Shown: positions 37,238 through 47,497 of the stretch, in pieces
Layout of the letters: the number at the start of each line of letters is the position of its first letter
Position numbering within the stretch: the stretch's first letter is position 1
NCBI GenBank assembly: GCA_029210695.1
Contig: JARGFH010000024.1
Coordinates: 1-52,233, forward strand
DNA length: 52,233 nucleotides
Reading direction: 5' to 3'
Origin: Acidimicrobiia bacterium
Lineage (GTDB): Bacteria; Actinomycetota; Acidimicrobiia; Spongiisociales; JAHEDJ01
Notes under the pieces: generated by a model
Told to the model about the DNA's origin: nothing
The model's database searches: none
The model's input: only the letters and a program-made list of their open reading frames with translations
Made by a program: the position numbers and the translations under genes

Positions 37238-37258
37238 CTGCCTGCCCGAGGCAGGCAG
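37238..37258 (+). terminator. Hairpin downstream of tRNA-Ser(GGA)
   Basis: CTGCCTGCC-CGA-GGCAGGCAG. Confidence 0.5.
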
Positions 37259-37410
37259 CCGTATCAGATATCAGGTGTCGGTAGATCCGCCGGGGTCCTG
37301 TTGCCGGCGGCCGTCCGCCCTCCGCTGGCCCCCTCTGCCGCAAAGACCCGGCATCTTTCCCCTCTAGCACTAGCGCCGGGGGAGAAACGCAAGCGAGCTA
37401 CAATGCCTCT

Positions 37411-37678
37411 CCGTGCTAAGTGGGGCGCTAGGGGTGCCCTGAACCCGAAATCCTCTCTATGCGGGACTGAATTCCCTGCCCGAGCGTGACAGCGGTCGGG
37501 TTTGCACCGGGCACGTGGTGTTGACGGCTGGGTCCTGCGCGGCGGGGTCTCGTGAATCGGGTCAGGTCCGGAAGGAAGCAGCCCTAAGCGAAACACCTCG
37601 GGTGCCGCAGGAGCGCCTGGTCTGAGCCGGCGACCCGGGAGGCACCGGTCACTGCTCATGCGACGGCAGGGTGCACGG
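37411..37678 (+). ncRNA. ffs: Signal recognition particle RNA, large (Alu-domain) type
   Basis: Helix-8 signature GTCAGGTCCGGAAGGAAGCAGC; complementary ends CCGTGC...GCACGG about 268 nt apart; Alu-like 5' part; TACAAT -10 at 37399. Confidence 0.88.
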
Positions 37679-37703
37679 AAGAAGAGTCGCGAGTCGCGGG
37701 TTC

Positions 37704-38441
37704 CTAGTCGCGGGTCCGGTTTCTCCGCCCTCGAACCTTCCTGATTCGCCGAGACCGTGTCCACAAAGCGGGAGAATCAGAATCGAAGAGGGAATCGAGC
37801 CCCTCTGTTGGTTTTCTCAGGACTGCTCCGTATACGAAGCCCAAAGGGCCCATTCGCCACACCCGTTGCAGGTGCAGCGGACCGCGAGCGAACATCTCCT
37901 CCGGAGGAGGCAGCTTGTCCAGCGACCGGTGCAGATACCAGTAATCGCCCGGTGAGCCAATCGTCAATCCGGCCAGCGGCAAGAAGATCGCCGACCCGAT
38001 CCGGTGCAGCGAGCGAGCGAACACGTTGCGCGGCCGTCCCAGACCGATCACCACCATCGCTCCCCCTGGTCGGAGGACGCGCCGGACCTCGGCCAGAGTT
38101 GCCGGAATCGAGGCCAAATTGCGGAATACGTAGGCCGAGAACACGCCGTCAAACGACCCGTCTGCGAAAGGCAGTTGCTCGCCGTACCCGACCACCCGTG
38201 CCCGAATCGGGCTGAGGGCCAGCATCTCAGGGACCGGATCAAGCGCCACGACCTCACGACCCTCAAACACCGGAAGCGCGGCCCCCGTCCCGCTTCCCAG
38301 ATCGAGTACTCGACCTTCCGGGAGGTATGCGGCGCCGCGTCTTCGCCACTCCTGCTCCTGCCCGAACGACAAGACACTATTGAGGAGGTCATATCGTCTG
38401 GCTATACGCGAGAATATCTCCCGCGGACGTGCCGAACTCAT
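37704..38441 (-). CDS. Class I SAM methyltransferase, UbiE/MenG-like
   Basis: FSRIARRYDLLN..LSFG...WRR, VLDLGSGTG, LPFADGSFD, RVLRPGG. Confidence 0.85.
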   Translation of the reverse strand: MSSARPREIFSRIARRYDLLNSVLSFGQEQEWRRRGAAYLPEGRVLDLGSGTGAALPVFEGREVVALDPVPEMLALSPIRARVVGYGEQLPFADGSFDGVFSAYVFRNLASIPATLAEVRRVLRPGGAMVVIGLGRPRNVFARSLHRIGSAIFLPLAGLTIGSPGDYWYLHRSLDKLPPPEEMFARGPLHLQRVWRMGPLGFVYGAVLRKPTEGLDSLFDSDSPALWTRSRRIRKVRGRRNRTRD

Positions 38442-39694
38442 CGTTCGATCGACTCAAACCCAACGTAGGGTTGCAGCGCGGCCGGAATCCCAATCGAACC
38501 ATCGGCGCGCTGATGGTTCTCCAGTATCGCCAGCACCGTCCGCGAACTCGTCACCACCGTCCCGTTGAGCGTATGCACGAGACGATTGCCCTGCTCGGAC
38601 TTGAACCGCGTCTTGAGGCGACGAGCCTGATAGTCGGTCGTGTTGGAGCATGAAGTGATCTCTCGATAGGCGCCCTGAGACGGCAACCACACTTCGATGT
38701 CGTATTTCTTGGCAGCCGAATCTCCGAGGTCTCCCACCGCAACGTTGACCATCCGATAGGGCAACTCCAATTCCTGGAGGACCCGTTCCTCGATCGAAAC
38801 CAGATACTCGTGCTCTTCCCACGACCGATCGGGATGACAGAACGAGAACATCTCGACCTTGTCGAACTGGTGCATTCGGAAAATGCCTCGAGTGTCTTTG
38901 CCGTAGGTCCCTGCCTCGCGTCGGAAGCAGGTGGAAACACCGGCATACCGGACGGGGAGGTCGGCTCCGTCCAGGATCTCGTCCAGGTGCAGCGCAGCGA
39001 GGGATACTTCAGATGTGCCCACCAAGAACAGGTCATCGCGTTCCACGGCATAGACCTGGTCGCGGTCGGCCGGGAAGAATCCGGTTCCGAACAGGGCCTC
39101 CTCGCGAACCAGGACCGGTGGAGCGACCGGCGTGAAGCCTTCGGAGGTGAGGCGGTCCATCGCAAAACGGACCAAGCCCAGCTCCAACAAGACGGCCTTT
39201 CCTTTGAGATAGGCAAAACGGCTTCCGGACACTTTGACGCCGCGTTCAATGTCGATGATGTCGAGTGCCTCTCCCAGATCCTGGTGATCCTTTACCTCGA
39301 ACTCGAAATCCGGGATCACCCCCCAGCGCTTGATCTCGACGGCGTCGGCCTCGGTCATCCCGTCGGGCGCGGAGTCGTGGGCGATATTCGGTATCTGCAC
39401 CCACAACGCATCGAACTCTGCGTCGAGGCCGTCGGCTTCGACGGTCAGTCGCTTGTAGGACTCCGAAAGCGATGCCGCATGTGTGATCGCCGCCTGCTTC
39501 TCCTCGCCCTGGAGGGCGGCAATGGCCGTGCCGGCCTGCTTCTGCTCAGACCGGATTTCTTCCGCAGCATGGCGCACGTCGCGCCGACGGCGATCGAGTT
39601 CGGACAACTCGTCGACGCTGAGTTCTACTCCCCGCCGGCCCAGGGCCAAGCGGAGCAAGTTGGGGTTCTCTCGGAGGAAGGTGACATCGATCAT
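38438..39694 (-). CDS. serS: Serine--tRNA ligase
   Basis: KVSGSRF, LVGTSE, CFRREAG, HQFDKVEM, EITSCSN, HTLNGT, ENHQ. Confidence 0.97.
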   Translation of the reverse strand: MIDVTFLRENPNLLRLALGRRGVELSVDELSELDRRRRDVRHAAEEIRSEQKQAGTAIAALQGEEKQAAITHAASLSESYKRLTVEADGLDAEFDALWVQIPNIAHDSAPDGMTEADAVEIKRWGVIPDFEFEVKDHQDLGEALDIIDIERGVKVSGSRFAYLKGKAVLLELGLVRFAMDRLTSEGFTPVAPPVLVREEALFGTGFFPADRDQVYAVERDDLFLVGTSEVSLAALHLDEILDGADLPVRYAGVSTCFRREAGTYGKDTRGIFRMHQFDKVEMFSFCHPDRSWEEHEYLVSIEERVLQELELPYRMVNVAVGDLGDSAAKKYDIEVWLPSQGAYREITSCSNTTDYQARRLKTRFKSEQGNRLVHTLNGTVVTSSRTVLAILENHQRADGSIGIPAALQPYVGFESIER

Positions 39695-39739
39695 GGCGAG
39701 ATGATGGTACCGCGGGCAACGAGAGCCGTGTTCGGTGTT

Positions 39740-40783
39740 CTATGAGGGGGCTTGCACGAAGAACGACAACGACGCTGTGTTGTTGTCGCCGTCGACGTCG
39801 CCGGTGACGGCCATGACGATCGCCAACACCTCGTGGGTAATGCCCTCCACGACCGGGACATCCAGAAACTCGACGGTTCGTGAAGCGCCCGGCTCGAGCG
39901 AGGTGATGATGGTTTGCTCGCTGAAAACGACCGTGCCGTCCGCAACCGTGATCACCCGCAGTGCCACCGTCAAGTCGCTCTCCGGGAGGTTGCCTGCGTT
40001 CGAGACGACCGCGGTGGCATTCACCGTCTCTGTGAACGCCAGAACACCCACGCCGTCGTGTTGTCCCCCGGTGAAATCCGGATCGAGCCCGATTTGGCCG
40101 ACTCGCACGTCGTGGAAGGCCGCCACCTGGTTCGATCCACGAACGGCCGCCGCCAGCAACTCACCGGTCACCGGCAATCCGCCGGCCGGAGCGTACGCAA
40201 CCAGGGGCAGAACCCCGATATCCGTCTCGAGTTCAGTCCTGAGTTCCCCAAGCGAGAGCAAGAACCGCTCATAGAGGCGATCACCCACCTGTACGTCGAT
40301 GAGGGCATCGTCGATGGCAATGATCGGAATCGGGCTGGTCGGCTCATCGGCCGCCACCAGCAAACTGTTCTCGAGTGCCACCGACCCGCCCAGCCAGGCC
40401 CTCAGAGACTCCTCGAAGAGGGCTGCCGATCCGGCGCCGCTGGCGGGGACTGACAGAGCATCCAGCTCATCCAGCGACTGTCTGATCGAGGTCTCGATTC
40501 TGCCGAACAGGGCGCTGATCCTGTCTCGATCGGCGCTCGCCAGCTCGAAATTCAGAAAGTCACGGAACTGGGCGGCCAGCGCTTCGTGCTCGAGGGAGGT
40601 CACCTTGGTGAGGTCCACGAACTCCCGGAGATCGGCGCGATCGCTCCGGAGATTCGAAAACCCGAACGAAAAAGCGAGTAGAAGCGTGACGGCGATCAGG
40701 GCATACAGCCCGCCGCGACGCTTCCGGCGCCGCGATGGTTCCGGAAACACTAGGTCGGCCTCACTGGATGGTTCCTGATCCAT
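39740..40783 (-). CDS. Membrane-anchored hypothetical protein with C-terminal CARDB/Ig-like domain
   Basis: Basic stretch + single TM; VVSNAGN..E...SLEPGASRTVEF...GDVDGDNN. Confidence 0.75.
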   Translation of the reverse strand: MDQEPSSEADLVFPEPSRRRKRRGGLYALIAVTLLLAFSFGFSNLRSDRADLREFVDLTKVTSLEHEALAAQFRDFLNFELASADRDRISALFGRIETSIRQSLDELDALSVPASGAGSAALFEESLRAWLGGSVALENSLLVAADEPTSPIPIIAIDDALIDVQVGDRLYERFLLSLGELRTELETDIGVLPLVAYAPAGGLPVTGELLAAAVRGSNQVAAFHDVRVGQIGLDPDFTGGQHDGVGVLAFTETVNATAVVSNAGNLPESDLTVALRVITVADGTVVFSEQTIITSLEPGASRTVEFLDVPVVEGITHEVLAIVMAVTGDVDGDNNTASLSFFVQAPS

Positions 40784-40864
40784 CCTGACGGTTGACGGAA
40801 CATCCGGGGATGTCCCGATGGATTTCGGTTTCGCACAAACGCAGGTGCCGACACATCGACACCG

Positions 40865-40948
40865 TGGGCGAGGGGGGACTTGAACCCCCACGAGCTATTG
40901 CTCACAGGCACCTGAAGCCTGCGCGTCTGCCATTTCCGCCACTCGCCC
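40865..40948 (-). tRNA. tRNA-Leu(CAG)
   Basis: GGGCGAGTGGCGGAA...TT-CAG-GT, variable arm. Confidence 0.96.
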
Positions 40949-41025
40949 GTGGACGGGGCGAGATGGTACCACGAGCCCCTGAAGAATATTCGTCCGTACC
41001 TCTCGATAAACTCCGCCGGGTGGAC

Positions 41026-41673
41026 ATGGTACGCAACCTCGAACGACGCCTCGAACGGCTGGTCGAAGACCTGGCCGGAAAGGTATTCCGCGGGCCTCTT
41101 CATCCTGTCGAACTGGCGGCCCGGTTAGTCCGGGAGGGTGACCTGGCGTTGCGCTCCAGCGCTGCCGGTCCGGTGGCACCAAATGTCTACGTCATTCACA
41201 TTCATCCATCGGACATTGGTGATGGGCTCGTCCCCGCCGGATTATCCGGGGAACTCGCCGGCTATCTCGAAGCCACCGCTGCAGAGCGAGGATGGCGCCT
41301 CGAGGGACCGGTCATCGTGCACTTCGAGATAGATGAGGCAAGCCCGGTTGGTGCCGTCCGGTGCCGCACAGATTTCACAACCGGACCGGTTCCGGTGTGG
41401 GGATACCTGGCCGGATCCTCTCAGGAGTTCGCCTTGCGCTCCAATCGATTGACCATCGGTCGTGGACTCGAAAACGACATCGTGATCGACAACCCAAAAG
41501 TGAGTAGGACTCACGCCCATCTCTGGCGTGAATCGGGGTCGGCCTGGGTCGCCGACGCTGGATCTGCCAACGGAACCGCCGTCGACGGATTAGTTATCGA
41601 TGCACCGACCTCGATCGGGCAAGGGTCGGTCATCACCTTCGGTTCGGTTGCTTTCACATTCCGAGGGGCGTGA
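41026..41673 (+). CDS. fhaA: FhaA-like (DUF3662 + FHA) protein
   Basis: LERRLERLVE...LHPVELA, APN.Y; IGRG, VSRTHA, SANGT. Confidence 0.85.
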   Translation: MVRNLERRLERLVEDLAGKVFRGPLHPVELAARLVREGDLALRSSAAGPVAPNVYVIHIHPSDIGDGLVPAGLSGELAGYLEATAAERGWRLEGPVIVHFEIDEASPVGAVRCRTDFTTGPVPVWGYLAGSSQEFALRSNRLTIGRGLENDIVIDNPKVSRTHAHLWRESGSAWVADAGSANGTAVDGLVIDAPTSIGQGSVITFGSVAFTFRGA

Positions 41674-41680
41674 ACGCCAC

Positions 41681-42094
41681 ATGCCGGCCCTCATCCTCAC
41701 CCTCCTCAAGCTGATCTTCATTGCGCTTCTCTTTTTGTTCGTGTGGCAGATCTCGCGCGCGATAACCGGGCACCTCGCCATCGGTACCACGCGTACCTCC
41801 ACGAGGCGCTCCAGGGAGCTCGTGTTGATCCGGGGCGACGACGGAGCTGGCGAAACGTTCAAGGTCGACGACGTGGCGGTGTTGGGTCGAAGCCCGCAGG
41901 CGGATATCGTTGTCGATGATCCGTACGCATCTGAGTTCCACATGCGCTTCGTGAGTGGAGAGGAAGGCATAGTCCTTCATGATCTCGGAAGTACAAACGG
42001 AACGTATGTCAACGGACGCAGGGTTTCATCGCCCCAACTCCTCGTCAAAGGGGACGCCGTGCAAGTTGGAAAAACCGTGATGGAGGTGCGATGA
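41681..42094 (+). CDS. fhaB: FhaB-like FHA domain membrane protein
   Basis: N-terminal TM; LGRS, ASEFH, DLGSTNGTYVNG. Confidence 0.85.
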   Translation: MPALILTLLKLIFIALLFLFVWQISRAITGHLAIGTTRTSTRRSRELVLIRGDDGAGETFKVDDVAVLGRSPQADIVVDDPYASEFHMRFVSGEEGIVLHDLGSTNGTYVNGRRVSSPQLLVKGDAVQVGKTVMEVR

Positions 42095-42801
42095 AGTTCA
42101 TCTGGGCTATCGCAACCCATCGTGGCCTCGTACGAGACTCGAACCAGGATTCCGTCCACCCAACCACGGGCGGGACCGGTTCCGGACCCCTGCTGGTCGC
42201 CGTCGCCGACGGGATGGGAGGACATGCCGGTGGCGAGGTCGCCAGCCGGATCGCCATCGAGACAATCATCGCCAACACCGAACTCACCATCGCCGAACGG
42301 ATCATCGACGCCAACGAGAAGATCGCCTCCGAGAGCCGGGCCGATCCGTCGCTCACCGGCATGGGAACGACGGTTTCAGTTGCCAAGATCGAGGAAGACG
42401 GGAGTGCGACCATCGGGCATGTCGGGGACAGCCGCGTGTACCTCCTGCGGGCGGGCGCCCTCCGGCAGCTCACCCGGGACCACACCCTCGTTGCCCAATG
42501 GGTCGCCGACGGTCGGCTCACCCCGGAAGAGGCTGCCGTCCACCCGCAGCGCAGCATGCTGATGCGAGCTGTTGGCCACGGACGTCCGCTCGACGTGGAC
42601 GTCATCGAGGAACCTTTGCTGAGCGGAGATCGTTTGATGATCTGTTCCGATGGATTGTCTGGAATGATCAACGACGAACTCATCACCGAATTGCTGTCGA
42701 GGGGCACCGCTGAGGAATCGGTGTGGGCGCTCGTGGAGGCCGCCAACCGGGCCGGCGGACACGACAACATCACCGTGGCCGCCATCGACGTCCAGTTGTG
42801 A
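42091..42801 (+). CDS. pstP: PP2C-type Ser/Thr phosphatase
   Basis: NQD, VADGMGGH, GMGTT, HVGDSR, CSDGL, GGHDNIT. Confidence 0.92.
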   Translation: MKFIWAIATHRGLVRDSNQDSVHPTTGGTGSGPLLVAVADGMGGHAGGEVASRIAIETIIANTELTIAERIIDANEKIASESRADPSLTGMGTTVSVAKIEEDGSATIGHVGDSRVYLLRAGALRQLTRDHTLVAQWVADGRLTPEEAAVHPQRSMLMRAVGHGRPLDVDVIEEPLLSGDRLMICSDGLSGMINDELITELLSRGTAEESVWALVEAANRAGGHDNITVAAIDVQL

Positions 42802-44093
42802 ACAGGTCGGCTGAGGCGGCGTTCCTGATCGGAGCGTCTGCTCTGGCCGCGTTCGGGATCGCCATGGCGAACCTCGCCGGAGGAGGCGGGATCGACGCAC
42901 AGGTAGCGCTCACGTTCCTCGTCTTCTTGATTGCCTTTGGCGGACTCCACCTCTCCCTGCGGCAATGGGCACCGCGTGCAACGGCCTACCTCCTCCCGCT
43001 CGTGGCCATTATCACCGCGGTCGGCTTCACGATGGTCTACCGGCTGGACCCAGAAAGGGCGGGGCTCCAACGGTGGTGGCTCCTGATCGCCGCCGGACTC
43101 GCCGTCGGGTTCCTGTTCGCAGTCAGATCAACCGGGCTCGAGCCGCTTCGTCGCTATCGCTACCTGCTGCTCCTGGGAGCTCTGGTGCTTCTGATCCTCC
43201 CGCTGCTTCCCGCCGATTGGCCGGTACCGTTACGCGGCAAGACCGTCAACGGGTCACGCCTCTGGGTCGAGTTCGCCGGCGGTCCGATCGGTATTCAGTT
43301 CCAACCGGGCGAGTTCGCCAAGCTGTTGTTGGTCATATTCCTGGCCTCATACCTGGCCGAACGAAATACGGTGCTGGCGTCGGGGACGCGAACAATCGGG
43401 CGCCTGCGACTCATCGAGCCGCGCCAGTTGGTACCGGTACTGGTGGCATGGACCGCCAGCTTTGGTGTGCTGGTGTACCAGCGCGACCTTGGAGCCTCGC
43501 TCCTCCTCTTCGCCGTCTTCCTGACTCTCTTGTTCATGGCGACCGGCCGGGCGGCCTATCCGGCCATCGGTTCGGTGATGTTTGTGGTCGGCGCCCTCTT
43601 TGCCCGGGGAGCCTTCGCCCATGTCGACAGACGACTGGTCGCCTGGCTGGATCCATTCAGCGACTTCGAAGGAGCGGGCTACCAGATCGCCCAGGGCCTC
43701 TTCGCGATGGGTTCCGGGAGCCTGTCGGGATCCGGCATCGGGCTGGGACGCCCCGACCTGATCCCGTTCGCGCAGACGGACTTCGTTTTCGCCGCCGTCG
43801 GCGAGGAGTTGGGCCTGGCCGGCTCGGTGGTCGTGCTGTGCGCCTATGCCCTACTCACCGCCGTCGGCTTCGGCATTGCCCTCCGTTCTCGCGACCTGTT
43901 CCGAAAGCTCCTGGCAGCCGGGTTGACCTTCGCGCTCGGCCTCCAGACCTTCCTGATCATCGGTGGTGTCGTGCGGATCCTTCCGCTCACCGGCATCACT
44001 CTGCCGTTCATGTCCTACGGCGGATCGTCCCTCGTCTCCAACCTGGTGCTCATCGCCCTGCTCGCTCGCCTGTCACACGAGGAACCGGCATGA
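42798..44093 (+). CDS. rodA: RodA/FtsW SEDS protein
   Basis: NGSRLW, FQPGEFAK, QRDLG, TDFVF...GEELG, PLTGITLPFMSYGGSS. Confidence 0.92.
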   Translation: MNRSAEAAFLIGASALAAFGIAMANLAGGGGIDAQVALTFLVFLIAFGGLHLSLRQWAPRATAYLLPLVAIITAVGFTMVYRLDPERAGLQRWWLLIAAGLAVGFLFAVRSTGLEPLRRYRYLLLLGALVLLILPLLPADWPVPLRGKTVNGSRLWVEFAGGPIGIQFQPGEFAKLLLVIFLASYLAERNTVLASGTRTIGRLRLIEPRQLVPVLVAWTASFGVLVYQRDLGASLLLFAVFLTLLFMATGRAAYPAIGSVMFVVGALFARGAFAHVDRRLVAWLDPFSDFEGAGYQIAQGLFAMGSGSLSGSGIGLGRPDLIPFAQTDFVFAAVGEELGLAGSVVVLCAYALLTAVGFGIALRSRDLFRKLLAAGLTFALGLQTFLIIGGVVRILPLTGITLPFMSYGGSSLVSNLVLIALLARLSHEEPA

Positions 44094-45553
44094 ACGGTCC
44101 GATACGCAAAGTGGCCATTGCCGTTCTCGTTGCGTTTGCCGTGCTCCTGGCCGACGTCACCTACATTCAGGCGATCGCCGGCCCCGGGTACCGCGACGAT
44201 GCGCGTAACCCGCGCGTCCAGATCGGGATCTCCGGCAGGGAGCGCGGGCTCATCGTCGATGCCGATGGTGTCCGATTGGCCAGGTCGGAATCACAGGCGG
44301 TCGACCCGCGAACGTTCGTACGGGTGTATCCGGAAGGCAGCCTGTTTGCGCACAGCGTCGGATTCACGTCAACGCTTTTCGGTGACTGGGGCCTCGAGTC
44401 GAACTACGCAACCGAACTCCGCTCAAAACGTGACTTGACCATCTCGGACTTGATCGACGCGCTACTCGGACGGGACCTGCAAGCGCGGAACCTCGAACTC
44501 ACTCTCGTCGCCGAACTCCAACGCCTGGCCACCGAAGCACTCGGTAACCAGCGCGGGGCGGTGGTCGCCATCGAACCGTCAACCGGCGCGATCCTGGCAT
44601 TCGTCTCGTCGCCGACTTTCGACCCCAACACGATCCTGGACAGCACGGGAGCCGCCAACTGGGAGGCGCTGTCCAACGATCCGGCCGAGCCGCTGAGAGA
44701 CAGAGCCAGCCGTCAGAGCTACCCGCCCGGCTCCACGTTCAAGGTCATCACCGCGGCGGCCGCCATCGAGGCCGGGGTTGCCGGGCCGGACAGTTTGTTC
44801 GCCAACCCGGTGGAACTCCCGTTGCCAGGATCGACGGCGGTGATCCGCAACTTCGCCGGATCTCTGTGCGGTGACGGCGCGGAGGTGACCCTCAGGGAGG
44901 CATTCCGTCGCTCCTGTAACACCGTGTTCGGCCAGCTGGCCATGGATCTGGGAGCCGCCAGAGTCGAAGAACAGGCGAACCTATTCGGTTTCAACAGAGA
45001 CATTCCCTTCGAGTGGGAAGCCCTTGCAGGTGTCTTTCCCGATGCCGCCAGCTTTGGGGGAGACCTCGCCGCCCTGGCGCAAAGCGGGTTGGGTCAGCGT
45101 GACGTACAGGCGACGCCGCTCCTCATGGCCCTGGTGGCGGCCGCCATTGCCAACGGGGGCAACGAGATGGAGCCCTATATGGTCGCCCGAATCTACGACG
45201 CGGCGGGGGCTGTCGTCGACGAGCGGGTGCCGTCGGTATGGGCGACGCCTATCTCCCCCGCCACTGCGGACGTCATGGCAAGCATGATGGAACAAGTCGT
45301 CGCAAGTGGTACCGGCACCCGGGCGGCAGTTTCAGGGGTGCGTGTTGCCGGCAAGACCGGAACGGCCGAAACTCAGAATGGCCCACCCCACGCCTGGTTC
45401 ATCGGGTTTGCCCCGGTCGAAAATCCAACGATTGCACTGGCAGTCTTAGTGGAGGAGGGCGGGGCCGCCGGCGAGAATGCGACCGGAGGATCGGTCGCCG
45501 CGCCGGTCGCCCAGCAAATCTTCGAGTACTGGCTGCTGAATCGAGGATCATGA
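44090..45553 (+). CDS. pbpA: Class B penicillin-binding protein PbpA
   Basis: PGSTFK (SxxK), SCN, GKTGT. Confidence 0.92.
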   Translation: MNGPIRKVAIAVLVAFAVLLADVTYIQAIAGPGYRDDARNPRVQIGISGRERGLIVDADGVRLARSESQAVDPRTFVRVYPEGSLFAHSVGFTSTLFGDWGLESNYATELRSKRDLTISDLIDALLGRDLQARNLELTLVAELQRLATEALGNQRGAVVAIEPSTGAILAFVSSPTFDPNTILDSTGAANWEALSNDPAEPLRDRASRQSYPPGSTFKVITAAAAIEAGVAGPDSLFANPVELPLPGSTAVIRNFAGSLCGDGAEVTLREAFRRSCNTVFGQLAMDLGAARVEEQANLFGFNRDIPFEWEALAGVFPDAASFGGDLAALAQSGLGQRDVQATPLLMALVAAAIANGGNEMEPYMVARIYDAAGAVVDERVPSVWATPISPATADVMASMMEQVVASGTGTRAAVSGVRVAGKTGTAETQNGPPHAWFIGFAPVENPTIALAVLVEEGGAAGENATGGSVAAPVAQQIFEYWLLNRGS

Positions 45554-45571
45554 CCCCTACAATCACCACGA

Positions 45572-47497
45572 ATGCAGATTGAACGCACGCTCGCCGACCG
45601 GTACGAGCTCGTCTCCCACATCGCCCGCGGGGGGATGGCCGACGTCTATGAGGCGCGTGACACGCTTCTCGGACGCCGCGTCGCGGTCAAGGTACTCCAC
45701 TCACAATTCAGTTCTGACGAGGCCTTCGTCAAACGGTTCCGGAGGGAAGCGCAAGCGGCCGCCAACCTGAGCCACCCGAACATCGTCTCGATCTACGACT
45801 GGGGTGAGGACGGGTCCACATACTTCATCGTGATGGAGTTGATCGAGGGGCGCACACTGCGCGACGTTCTCAAGAGCGAGCGACAGTTGCTCCCCCGCCG
45901 TGCCTGCGAGATCGGCGCGGAGGTTGCCGCCGCCCTCGCCGTCGCTCACCGGGCTGGACTCATTCACCGCGACATCAAACCGGGCAACATCCTGCTGGCT
46001 CCCGACGGCACGGTCCGCGTCACCGATTTTGGCATCGCCCGAGCGTGGGACGACTCGCAAGAACTAACCAGGACCGGAGCGGTGATCGGCACCGCAACGT
46101 ACTTCAGCCCTGAACAAGCCCAAGGCCTGACGGCCGATGAACGCTCCGACATCTACTCGCTCGGAGTCGTGATGTATGAGATGGCCACCGGCGCGCCTCC
46201 CTTCACGGGAGACAGCCCGGTGGCGGTCGCCTATCAGCACGTTTCGACGCCAGTGACACAGCCATCGACACTCAACCCCGACATCCCCCCTGCTCTGGAG
46301 TCGATCATCGGTCGTGCCCTAGACAAGGACCCGGTCGGGCGCTACCAAACCTCAGACGACATCCGCGCAGACCTGTTGCGTTTTCTGAGAGGAGAAGCTC
46401 CAGCCACCGTGCCCGCCGCCGACGCACCGACTCAGATGATGACGGCCATGACTCCGCCGACGGTTCCGCCCGACGAGACCTACCGGCGCCTGGCCGATGA
46501 GCGACCACCCAGCCAGGTCCCGTTCATTCTCACCGCGTTTGCTCTGCTGGTGGCGCTTGGAGTCGGTCTGTTCCTGATCTTCCGGCTGATGAACACCACC
46601 GCCACCGACGCTGCCTCGATGGTGACGGTCCCCGCTGTCACGAACATGGAGCAAGAAGCTGCCCTGGCGTTGTTGCAGGATGCCGGGCTGAAGGTTCGGC
46701 CGGTCAATCAAGCCGATCCCGATGTGCTCGCCGGATTCGTCATCGGAACCGAACCCGGCGCCGGGGAGGAGATCGAGGTCGGAGGCTATGTCAACGTCCT
46801 GGTGTCAACGGGAGTCGGGGCGGCCAACGTACCTCCGGTGGTCGGAGAGACCCTCACCGAGGCGATGCGGCTCATCAATCTCAACGGTTTGACGGTAGGT
46901 GTCATCAACGAAGCACCCAACGACGTACAGCCGCCCGGCATCGTCATCGATCAGAGCCCGGCCGCCGGCCATAAACAGGAACCCGGAACGGCCATCGACC
47001 TGTGGGTGTCGACAGGCCCCGATTCGGTGTTGCTCGAAGACCTCACAGGCCGTGCAGAGATCGACGCGGCCTTCGTCCTCGAAAGCGCCCAACTGGTTGT
47101 CGCCCGGGACGAAGAGTTCGACGATGCCGTCGACAAGGGTCGGGTCGCCAGGACCACACCGGAGGCCGGAACGCTCGTAGCTGCCGGCTCGACCGTCACG
47201 CTGTGGATTTCACTCGGGCCGGAGCCGGTGCAAGTACCGAATGTGGTCGGGATGACGGCTGAGGCTGCCCGGGCCGCCCTCGAGGCTGTGAACCTCGTAT
47301 ACCGCGAGGCGGCCACCACCGTTGAGGTGGAGGCGGCCTTCGACGGGCTTGTTGCTCAGCAGTCGATCGGAGCAGGCACCGAAGTCGACCCGGGCAGGAC
47401 CGTTACCGTGACGCTCGGAAAGGCGCCCCCTCCGACCACGACCACCACGACCGTTCCCGATACAACGACCACCGTCCCGCCGGCACCGACTCCGTAG
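45572..47497 (+). CDS. pknB: PASTA-domain Ser/Thr kinase
   Basis: RGGMADVY, HRDIKPGN, DFG, YFSPEQ, TM, repeated PASTA domains. Confidence 0.93.
   Translation: MQIERTLADRYELVSHIARGGMADVYEARDTLLGRRVAVKVLHSQFSSDEAFVKRFRREAQAAANLSHPNIVSIYDWGEDGSTYFIVMELIEGRTLRDVLKSERQLLPRRACEIGAEVAAALAVAHRAGLIHRDIKPGNILLAPDGTVRVTDFGIARAWDDSQELTRTGAVIGTATYFSPEQAQGLTADERSDIYSLGVVMYEMATGAPPFTGDSPVAVAYQHVSTPVTQPSTLNPDIPPALESIIGRALDKDPVGRYQTSDDIRADLLRFLRGEAPATVPAADAPTQMMTAMTPPTVPPDETYRRLADERPPSQVPFILTAFALLVALGVGLFLIFRLMNTTATDAASMVTVPAVTNMEQEAALALLQDAGLKVRPVNQADPDVLAGFVIGTEPGAGEEIEVGGYVNVLVSTGVGAANVPPVVGETLTEAMRLINLNGLTVGVINEAPNDVQPPGIVIDQSPAAGHKQEPGTAIDLWVSTGPDSVLLEDLTGRAEIDAAFVLESAQLVVARDEEFDDAVDKGRVARTTPEAGTLVAAGSTVTLWISLGPEPVQVPNVVGMTAEAARAALEAVNLVYREAATTVEVEAAFDGLVAQQSIGAGTEVDPGRTVTVTLGKAPPPTTTTTTVPDTTTTVPPAPTP

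Noticed and set aside
42965..44089. 862-aa ORF suggesting an N-terminally extended PBP; likewise 708-aa hsdS and 511-aa Fic ORFs
   Set aside because: Extensions overlap real upstream genes in other frames; true starts are at coupled ATG/GTG codons.
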